Shown: in pieces, positions 23,501 through 35,062 of the stretch
Numbering within the stretch: position 1 is the stretch's first letter
Layout: each line of letters starts with the position of its first letter
Source of the DNA: Podarcis tiliguerta
Taxonomy: Eukaryota
DNA: 64,000 bases
Reading direction: 5' to 3' (one strand)
NCBI GenBank assembly: GCA_965153285.1
Contig: OZ229115.1
Translations under genes and position numbers: made by a program
Notes under the pieces: generated by a model
What the model saw: only the letters and a program-made list of their open reading frames with translations
The model's database searches: none
What the model was told of the DNA's origin: nothing

Positions 23501-26500
23501 GAGGTGAAGTGTGAAGCGGCCAGAGTACCACTGCAAGCCAAAAGAGCTTCTGTCCTTTCTTCTGAAAGGCCTCTTCATATTCTAGGCTCTTTAGAGCAAG
23601 TCTTCAGATATCATTAACAGGCAGCAGTTGACACTTCAGAACACCATTCAGTAGCAGATAATCCTTATCTTGAACAAAATATCCCATGACAAATCAGACT
23701 GTTCAGAAGTTTCTCCCTAGACAATTCAGAAAAGTATTCTACTTAGGAAGCATGATGGGATGCTTCCTGGAAATTGAAATAATTCATTTCTATATTTATA
23801 GAGCAGCTGTGTTGAGTCAGTACATTTTTTAGTTTAATTTTGTTTCACCCAAACTGTTCTAGTTCAGTTCATTAATGGATCACTTATCCAATGGGAAGAA
23901 TATGACAATACTGATTTGCATAACTGCTTGAAGCATGTTCAGGGTCAAAATAGTCACTAAAATAGTAATTTTACAGAACCGCACTCATTAGTATTCATGG
24001 TACTTTACACAGCAGTTAAACCATTTTGATATCTTTTTTTAAAAAGAAAATGAAAAACAGGAAGGCAAGGAGAAAGGTTTCTAAGTGGCGTGATGATATC
24101 TGAAAGAACTGTATGGAACTTTCAGGAACTGATTTCGGTGTGAGAACTCAAATGCGGATTGTGTAAAGGAAGATATACCTGAGCATGTGCAAAGTACCTA
24201 TATTCATCACTGAGCAAACATATACTGCAGCAAACACTGAGGATCAAAAAGTGCATGTCAAGGTGAGCACCAACATCTATCTTTTTTAGGAGATGACCTC
24301 ATTTAGCCACTATGCAAACTCCTGGTAAAAACTCCCAGAGCAACTTCAGTCTTAGTCTATTGCAGCTAAAACAAAGAGGCTTATAGCACCTTAAAGTCTA
24401 ACCAATTTATTATGGCATAAGCTTTCATGGTCTGGAGTCCATTTCATAAGTTGCTGCTGGGACTGTTATCCTCACTTGACAGATACATATACACACTGGG
24501 GCATACAAGAGAGAAAATATAAATAGGTGGGCTAAAAAAAGCCAATAATTGCAAACAGGTGGAATACAGTCCTGTTCTTCTTCAGCTTTGGTTTTGCAGG
24601 TTGCTGCTGATCTGAAAGCTGCCACTCTCTATTAGAAGTAATTCAAAAAGAAATCTAGCATGAAATAGAAGAATTAGAACTAATAACTATATTTGATTTT
24701 GTTTGCCCTGTTTGGCAAGTTTAATTCTGTTGGTATATACAAAATGGTTCTCTCTCCCACTACAGGTATTAGCAACGAGAAGTTGATTCTGTTAAATAAC
24801 TTATAACCAATACCTGCTGCTGTGAATAGTCACTACTTGTTTGACAGATTAAAAGCTTTACTGAATTTTCAGACTGTACCTTTAAATTTCTTTGCCATTT
24901 TATTCCCACGGCTGAGGATTTTCCCCATATTTTATGTTTGCAGTAATATTCCTCATTTTGATTCATGCTGACAATGCTACTTACCTGAAGTCGGGGATTT
25001 TCTCTGCTAAGCCAAAGTCACCAACTATAGCAGAATATCCATTCTCATCATGCTTTATCAAACAGTTCTGAATGAAAAGAAGAGGGGAATTAGTGTGGTC
25101 CACATTTGAATCCCACCATTAAAAACTTAAAACTAGGAAGCAAGGCAAGTAAGAGTGTGTGTTATATGGTATCCCACCCTTCATCAGAAGCGATCTCGAG
25201 ACAGCTCACAAAATTAAATATACAATCAACTAACAAACCATTAATCATAGTAACTAATCCATCTGTCAGGTATTACAAGGAACACCTTTCATTGTAATGC
25301 AGGCACATGCACCACAAATTTAAGAGGCCTGGCTGAAGAGAAAAGTCATTAGCTGGTGCATAAATATAGACACGTATGCACCAGGTGAAGTTCTGAGGGG
25401 AGCGAATGTACCACAAATGGAGTGCTCTTGCCAAGACCCTCTGGTGCATCATCTTGTGACTTCAGTCAGCAATGGCACTGCCAGAGGAGCCTCCAACCAC
25501 AAAGTCTGGCCAGAACAATATGGGGTGTTTCTTCAGATAATCAGGCCCCTATTATGCCATTTAGGGGTTTGTGTGTCAGAAATAAAACTCTGAAATTGGC
25601 CTGGTGGCCAATAGGCAGCCAAGTGTATGTATTTGAGGACTAGTTATACAGTCCTAGGCAAATATACCTACTAAAACTCTGGCTTCTGCAATCTCCAGAT
25701 ATGACTGATCTGAAGATCAGCCAAAGCTACTGCTCATAATTTTTTTAGCAATCTGTTCTGGTTTACTATACAGTTTGACTGGGGAAAAGAATGTCCACCC
25801 CAATTCTAAATATGCAACAGTTACCTGAATAATTACCCAATAGCACAGGAACATTTGGGAGGCTAGAGAAACGAGGAGTGCGATTCTATGCTTGCTGAGT
25901 CAGACGTAAGCCGCATTACATTCAGGAGGCTTACTCCCAGGTAAGTATGTATTGGATTGCAGCCTAAGGCTCCACTCTTAAGCATGCTTATTAGGGAGCA
26001 ATCCCCCTTGAACACAGTAGGAATTCTCAACAAGTATACAACCGCACCATAAGGCTGGAAATTCTATTCACATTTGGGAACAAATCATACTGAACCCAGC
26101 AAGATTTCTGAGCAAACACATCTAGGAATGAGTTCCAAGCAGAACAAGGAACAAATATGATACATTCGGCTCTTGTGCTGTTTGATATCTTTAAGCGAAA
26201 TCATTGCTAGATTCAGTTCATGGATTATTACTACTATGAATTATAATTTCTAGGTTTACACTGCATTTAGGCTGTAGTTTAAGCACAGTGTTAATTCTTT
26301 CCCCCCCCCCCCTTTTACTGATTTTAAGATCTCAGGTAGAACATTAATTTGATATTTCAATTCAGAACATTTTTGGGATTTTGCTTTTTAAAATAGATCA
26401 CTACATACATTTAATCTATTTTAAAATTTAAAAATAACTTGCTTCCAATGTCTGCAAGCCACTGTCAAGTCTCACTTAGCCAAAATCTTGTAGGTTAACT

Positions 26501-29500
26501 AGGACTGTGAACTGTAGTCTTTAATGGATTTGGAGAGCAATGACCACATCATTACAATGATACTTAACTGTCAAAGACAAGGAGCAGATGGGGGAAATTA
26601 AGCATTCTGGTCTGTGTACTGTTCTCTCTAATGTACTGATGCCTCTGGCACTGGCCACTGTTAGCCTTTCATTATAAAATGGAAGTATAGTAAAGTTATG
26701 TTCTGTTTTAGTTTTGTCCAGTTTAATTTTTTGCACAACTGCATCGCCCACTGTGCATAACACACACATCCATGTTAACAGCAGGCAGCAGTGACTTTAT
26801 GGACGTCTCTTGAGTTGTAACCTGCAAAACCAGCAAATAAATTCAGGTACTTGCCTGCTCATAAAAAGAGCAGATAGGAAAGGGGAGGGGGAGGAAGGGA
26901 GAGGTCTCAGATCTTCATTGTACTTCTCTCATGGACACACAGAGATTCCTGTTTGATTCCTAGGTCCCAATTAATATTTATTTTATTTTAACCTGGATCA
27001 GTTATAGCACACACAGCTCACTTTGAGTTTTAAAAAATTGCACAAGGTCAACTGAATCAGGCCAACCCAACACACACTAAAGCTTCTCAATTATGGCCTT
27101 TGTTATCTCTCGTCAAAGAATGCATTCATTCAGCTTGCTTGTGGTAAACTATTTGTTCACTGCAAAATGCAGCTAAATCCTAGAGGGATAACATTAATCA
27201 TACAGCAATGTTAAAACCACGATGAAAATTCAGCAGTTGGTGTAGAAGTAACCATATGTTGGGCAGCAGCCATTTGATAATGCTAGGGTTCTTTTTTGGT
27301 GCTTCATATGGCAAGTAATTTTTCTACCTACTTAAGAAGCTTTTAGTATAATACAATGAAATCAAGCTTTCTCTGACAGTTTATGAACTTTCAAACTATA
27401 TGCCCTGAATACAGAGTTGTATTTCTCAAAAAAAAATATGTTGCTGCTCAGTGAGTGGTTGCTATTCATTTGCTTTCCTGCATTAGCCTTCAATATTTTG
27501 TTCCTTAAATGTAAACAATGCATGAGAGGCATATCTTATTGTCCAAACTTTTACAAGTATTCCAATAAGAATAACTGCTTTGAATTTGTTTGAAGATAAC
27601 TTCATGTCAAACTCTGCTTGAGATACCCTTTTCAATCATTATGGCACCTACCCACAGTTTGTCTCCTAACCTCATTCCTATTCATTATCTCGCTCAAAAA
27701 CTTCCCTTTTCCTGTTCTCTCTAAATTTGCTGCCCCTTCACCCCAATAAGTATACCTTACTGTAACTAAGTCAAAGTGTGTGTAACTGAAACCACCGTGT
27801 TCTTCTCTGCCTGCATTTCCCTCCCACTTCCTCTGTTTTTCCTGTGTTTATTTTAGAATGCTATTTGTAAAGCATCGTGTTTTACCTGAACCAGTGGGTT
27901 CAAATTACAAGAAAGGAGATTCCAACTAATCATTAGGAAGAACTTTCTGACAGTAAGAGCTGTTCAACAGTGGAAAGGCACTACATCAGAAGGGAAAGGG
28001 ACTCTCTTTCATTGGAAGTGTTTAAATCTACCTGTCAGCTATTTATTAGCTGCAATTCCTGCATTTGCAGGACTAGGTGATCCTTTGGGTCTCTTTCAAC
28101 TCTACAGATCTATGATCTATGTGTACATAGGTAAGTCCCATAGAGATTTTTTTTTAAAAAAACCCAATTTTAAGCCATATTAATTGTGCTTTATTTAGTT
28201 TCTTCTCTAATCAAATTTCAGCTCAAATACTAATATGTATTGAGACCCGAATTAACACGGGCAATCTGCTAAATCAGATAACACTACAAGGACATCGGAA
28301 AATTATTCCAGAAAACCCACATCACTGATTAGCCAAGCTGTGCTCTACAAGGCAACTGTGGGTAATTCTTATAGATATGTCCCTGGATTGAGCTTCACAG
28401 AAGGTCTCTGGGAAACTTTTTAATTATATTTATTTTGATAAAGAGAAGGCAATCAGACTGGGAACCAATGGTCACATTCACTCAGAATACTCACTGTCAA
28501 CTATAACATCCCTGAAAATAAGTATTTATTATGAATTTAATTCTTGGTTAGTAGTAAGGAGTGACAGTCTAGCAATAGGTTTTGGATGGAATTGTATTCC
28601 CCTTGAGGAAAAAACCAAACAGGTTTGCTACCATACTGTTTTCATGCAAAATTCAAAGTCATTGTCTTTAAAACCCTATATGTTTCAGTCCAGGATATTT
28701 AAAGGACTGCCACCTGCCCTACTTTAATCTTGCCTGTCCACTGAGGTCAATGAGGTGCTTTTTGTATGTCCAATCACCCATCACCATCTGAAACATGGTG
28801 GTTGGGACTAGCACTGCTCTATTTATCTAGCCCAGTACCCTCTACCCTGACTGGTCTTGCACAGAGGCTTTTCACAGGCTGGAGGTGCCAAGGATTGAAC
28901 ATGGAATATTCTGTATGCAAATATTGCACTCCACCACTGAGCTACGGCCCCTCATTATGCAGATTCAAATTCTGTGGAATGTATTGCTACATTGCATGTA
29001 TAAAAAAGTCCAATAATACATGATCAAATCTCTCTGTGGAGACTTCCCCAGAGATACAATTCTGGAAGTTTATACAACCTGAGTTATTCCTTAGGCTGAA
29101 ATCTTCACTTAAAGAAGCTGAAACTGAGCTCCAAAGAGTTAACAAATGTTTATACATAAACAGATGTGAGTGAACATAAAGCTCCTTTTGTGTGTTGAGA
29201 GAGCTTAACATCTGCTTTGCACAGTGTAATCCTGCTAAGGAAGTTCAACATTTATTTTCTTCTCGCATAAGAAAAGATATCCACTAGCAATAGCTTGTTC
29301 AGGCCCAATGCAGTTTCCATTACTTTTCTTTGTGCTGCTGAAAGCAAAGAAGGATTGCTTTATATTCAGACATGTTACCACAGTTTCCTTCACATTAGCT
29401 AAAACAGCCAAATGGGACAATATGATCCTGCTACTGTCTTAATGGTTACATACAACTTTTACAGTATTGCTAAAGAAATCCATGTCTGCTAAATGAAGTC

Positions 29501-32500
29501 ATTTAAGAGACTCAATTTATGCTGAAAAGTGTGATATAAACTCCCTCTCTCTCTATATATATTTATAAACAAGAGAGAGTTCAGACAATTTTGCACTGTA
29601 AAGGTTTGTCTCAGACAAACAGATTTATCTAAAAACATTAACAGGTAAGAAATGCATCCTCACAATAACTCATTGTCTCCTGCTTCTCATCCTTTTTCAT
29701 TATTCCTTTCTGCCAACTTGAAGGTTTTACAAGCAAACTATCTAAATCCAAATATAAAGTTCACTAGCTTAAATAGCAATTCCATAAATCAAAGGAAGGC
29801 AGTAAAAAGGCTAGCATAAAAAAAATATGATGAGTAGAATTGTTACCATTTAAGTAACATTGGTATTTCTATTTTAGGATTTTTAATTTTAGGATTATGG
29901 AGCTTTTGTACTACTCTGGCTTGTCAAACTTGAAAATCTTGAAAACTTTTCAAGAAGCATAATGGCAACATGGAAATCTACTCCTCATTCTCCACAGTGC
30001 TCTCAGTATATTTTGCATTTAGACCAGGGTGCAGGGAAGAACCTTTGGTCATTAGTCTGATAAGGATCCCAAAATGGTCCACAAGGATGTTTTCATAAAA
30101 AAAAACCCTGAGCTGTCTGTCTCTCCTTGTAAGCTTCATGCATGTGCATCTGGCTGGAAAGCATACAAGCAAAAATGCTACTATTTTTCAAATGAGGAAA
30201 AGAACTGGACCCTCAGCCAGAGCTTCTGTGCTTCACAGAATGCCTCTCAGGCTGTGTTTAAAAGCAAAGAAGAAATGGTGAGAAATGCAAATATTTTAGC
30301 TGTTCAACACAAGTCCTTTGTGATACTGATAAAGATGTTCAACCATTAGGGGCTTTGCTGGGCTTAAATATAAAACCTCTTAGGATCCTACCTAGAAAAC
30401 ACGAACAAGTCAGATAGATACTGGCAAAGGAGGTTTGCAGTGCAATCCTAACCACGCCTACCCAGAAGAAAATCCTATTGAATTAAATGGGGCTTTCTGC
30501 CAGGAAATAGAACTGCTAGTACATTTGCAAAGCTAAGCAGGTCTGCTTTGGTTTCAAAGTGGATGGGGGATTGCAAGGTGAGGTTCCTGCCTCTCAGAGG
30601 GTTGGAACAGATTGCCCGCGGGGTCCCTTCTAACTCTACAATTCTATACCCCATACCTGTGATGTCAAGTATGCAGCAGGTAGGCACACAGCAGCCAACA
30701 AATGATTTGGAGTGTGCTCCCAGTTGTTCCTTGGCAAGTGAGGATTGGTGCTGCTGAAAGAACCAATTACTTTGTATTCCCAGCTTGAATTCAAGCAGGT
30801 GATTCAAATGATTTTAATCTACTGGCATGGCTCAAGCCATGGTGGCAAAGGAAAATAATTACTCTGCGTCATCTGATGTCATGTTGAAGTCATGTAATTT
30901 GGTAATTTGAGGGGACAGCTCCACCCAGCTGTCAAATTGGTCTGCAGGGGATGGGGGGGGGCTGCCAAAATGGCCCACCAGCTGCTAAAGCTTCCCTGCC
31001 CCTGATTTAAAGGGTTCAAAAAGGTTGCACATATGAATACATTATAGTGTTGTAATTCTAACTATCTATAAAGGTAGATATCATCATAGTACAAATGGGG
31101 AGAGGGGTCAACATTGAGAGGATGTAGCTTTTTTAAGGCTACCTAGTGAGTTCAGGGCTGATTCAAACGGGAGAATTCATCGTTTGTATCTCAATCACTT
31201 AAATAGTAAGATAGAGTGAAACCACAGGCAACACTAACAGGAATTATGATTTGCTCACCAATATTGTAACACCAAACAATTTTACACTATTATGTGATAT
31301 CAATGCAGCCTAAGTGCTGTTGTACTAAAGCTTCTCATCTTAGTGTTTCAGGCATAACCTAATTACTTTCAAGGCTCACACAACTCTTCAGCCATAAGTA
31401 TACCACCTGTTAATATTTGCCCTCCATTTGAATTAGTTTAAAAAAGACCACAGTTCAGTTATAAAAATCAGTATACTGAAGTCTGGAAATACTCATATAA
31501 ACAGAAGATGTGGCATTTGGGATGCTTTGCTTTCCAAGAACAGAGACAGTAACTCTTTATTCCATTTTGTCCCATCTCCCCAGAGTTGGCAGACTATTAA
31601 AGTGCATCCCAGCTGGTCATTTGCAGTTTTGGCATGAGAACCTTCACCGTAACTCGGCATTTTACCTATGGCACACTTAAAAAACCACTATCACTATTTT
31701 TTAATCATTAGCTGTTTATAATAGTGTTGTTTATGAATTAGTGCCAAAACAACAGATAATCGTCAAGGTGATAAATTTCTGATTGCTTTCCTCACCAGTT
31801 TGCAATTACAATGGGACATTTATAAGGAAAGAAATGATTTTCATATTACTAGCTGCAATGTTAAATAGTCATAATGACACGGCATCCTGAAAAGCAAAGT
31901 TTATGCAATTATTTGTAGCCCTGTTTTATGCATCAGTTGAAGAGTTGCTGGAGTAAAACTACTACCAGCTTAGTGTTGCTCTGTAGCAGTTTAGGTCACC
32001 TGTAGAACAATGTTGAATGTATCTGAAGTTATGGGGAACATTTAAATATACAGCAATAAACCTTTAAGAAAGTAGGGTGGGACACAGAGACAAGTCTGTA
32101 TGTCTGCATCTTTTTGTAGTTTTATATTATAAAATGTGTAGCAGCTGGATCCCTAGGCTTTGGGAAGTAGAAGTTTGAATAACTTGCTGCGAACAAATTA
32201 AAGAAGTTGTGCAACCACCTTCCCAGGCACATAATCCTAACTCATTTATTTGTGACCTCTACTTCAGGTTAGTTTCTTCTCAGACATCTACACAACATGA
32301 GTTGTTCTGGGAAAGTTTAATCCACTAAACTATGTTTTCAGTGTTTTTTCACAATCTTTTAAAGTGACATTTTACGTAACAGTTTTACAGTTTGAGGCAC
32401 TGAGTGGGGCTGGAGAAAAGTAAAACTACGCAAGATTGTTTGTAGTTCGCTAAGTAATACACGTCTATTGCCAAATGGTTTCATTTGATAGGGACGCATG

Positions 32501-35008
32501 GTACCTTGGATGTCAGATCCCGATGGAAAATGCCTTTATAGTGAAGGTAAGTGAGTCCCAGAGCAATGTCCAGTGCCAGCTTCACCCTTACTGTCCAAGG
32601 CAGGTGTTGATTACCATCCAACAGCTGTTCTAGGTTACCACAGTTGATATACTGAAAATATATTTTAAAAAATTAAAAAGAAAAGAAAAGAACCACAGTT
32701 AAACTTCAAAGTACAGACAGGTGAGGAATTTCTTCTTGGATTTAGTGGGGCAAATGTAAGTTCCTCCAACTGTATTAATGATATACTAACTCAAACCAAA
32801 CAATCATAAAAGTAAATAATCTATTAACTTTAAGATTGGTAGGTGAATGCATCCCCAATAACTCCTGGACATCCTCCTTGTTGGCATCCATCTATCTTGA
32901 GAGACAATGGAGAGTGCGTCCAGGGGTGAAGACAAACTGCTGTGTTAGCAGTACAGAAGTAACTTTCCAGTGTGTATGGAGGTCCTGAGCTGCCCAGACA
33001 GACAAGACCCCCTCCCCTGGCCTCACTGACGTGGTCCAAAGGAAAGCAGAGCAATATGTTTGGCACAAGCTAGGCTGCCTCAGTTGCTGGTAGGAGGGCA
33101 TACAAGGTGCCATCCAACAGTCTTAGGGACCCCATTTGGGATATGTTTAGAAACCACCTTCTTGACCCGTTTTTCATGAATGCACAGGAAACTGTCAAGG
33201 CTGAGTCAGACCTTTGGTCCATCTAGCTCAGTATTGTTAACAGTGACTGTCAGTGACTCTCCAGGGTTTCAGCCAAGGGACATTCTCTCTTTTTCCAATT
33301 TTTTTTTATTAGTTTTCCACAAAATGTTTAAACACGCAAACAAATAAACAAACAATCATAAATCCTAACCTTATTAAAACTAATCTTATTAACATTGCCA
33401 AGCGACTTCCTCGTATCCCCTTGGTTGAGTTTCAGTGTATATCATTTTAAAGGTTTTCCAAAACCTATATTCTCATAAAATTAACTTAGTCACTTAACAT
33501 CTTTCTTTCTTTCCCAATCTAAATTTCAACATAGTAATTTATCACATTACATACTTAAGTCCTAAGCCTATCTGGTATTTGCAAGCCTTTCCAATTAATT
33601 TAACTTAACATATTTAACTAAATAGTCTTTAAATTTCGTCCATTCTTCCTGGTAATCCTCCTCCCTCTGGTCACGGACTCTTCCAGTCAGGTCGGTTAGC
33701 TTCGAAAAATCCATCATCTCAGCCAAGGGACATTCTCAGCCCTACCTAGACAAGCCAGGGATTGAACCTGGGCCCTTTAGCATGCAACACACGTGCTCTG
33801 CTACTGAGCTATGACCCTTCCCTAAAGCACAGTATACACCAAAAGAGGAGGAAATGACAACTGGAAAGAGGTAGTGCAGACAAAACAACTGATAACTGAG
33901 ACATCATCCTAGATTTCAATTAACATGGTGAGTTTTTGCCAGCAGGTGGTGGCATGAAGTAATTCAAGGTTCTCCTCTCTCCCTGTATTTCTACTATAAA
34001 AAGAGTTCTCATGTAGTAGATTTCTAACTGCTAAACACCACACACTGTAGTGCAATATTTCTGCAAGTCAGCCCAGACTTCAGGCTTGTAGAGAAGTACT
34101 ATCAAATAAGTCCCACTTGTTAAACTGCAAGAGCTGAAGAAATTCATGTGCACAAAGAATAAATATACAACATTCATTCTATATTTGCACCCCTTTTTAA
34201 ATACAATGAGACCAAAAATTTATATCCAAGTGGGATTACTTTAACACAAACCAGTGACCCAGCAACTGTATCATCCACTGAGCTACAAATCAAAGAACTG
34301 TTAATTTCTAGCTGTCCAGAATACTTGAGGATCTAAAGAGGATCAAAACGAAGTGTTCCTTGGCTAGATGCCAAACTACTTGGCCCAGATTTTAGGAGCC
34401 AGCTCAAGTTTCTCAACATATTATGCCAGGAGAGTTCAAGGCCACCCCACAAGAAAGTGCAGTTGTTTACCACTTGTGGACCAGGACTAGGTTATGTACC
34501 GATTTCCACTACAAGCAAATTAATTGTGCATATTAACACAGATTGCCCTTTGGAAGCAACAGTTATATGCCCCAGGCAAATGCAAGTTTCTGATGCAGCA
34601 AAAATTAGTCTTCCAGTATCCACTGTGCATGCGTCGTTACTGACATAATTAAAAGAGAGGTGCCCATGAACATACATGTAGGAAATATATTCCGATGGTA
34701 CATGATAACAGTCTTGCACGCACTCTGCTCTATTCTGTTTGTCAGGTCATTATTTGAATTCTATTAATTTTATTCAATTTATGAGTCATCCAGTAATGCA
34801 GCAACTTGCTTAGGAACAAAGGAAGCCGCCTTTTATTGAGGGAGACCCATCAGCCCATCTAGAACATTTGCCAGTCAGATACTCTCATGGACAACCTTCT
34901 GTGGGCCACATGATAGTGGTGCATAGGGCCAGTGGCAAGAACTGGGTGCAGCAACGGATGTGAATCTTTACCTTCGTTCAACCACACAAACATCAGAAGT
35001 CAGTCAGC

Positions 35009-35062
<54 letters not shown>

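Noticed and set aside
31799-31868. ccag|[23 protein letters not shown] as a last lectin exon
   Set aside because: It lacks the first Cys and the terminal xIC motif, and it lies upstream of the WIGL-like candidate.
32833-32915. Peptide [11 protein letters not shown]...IYLERQW resembling a terminal CTLD exon
   Set aside because: Its second half lies inside an interspersed repeat and the WIC motif is missing; probably coincidental.
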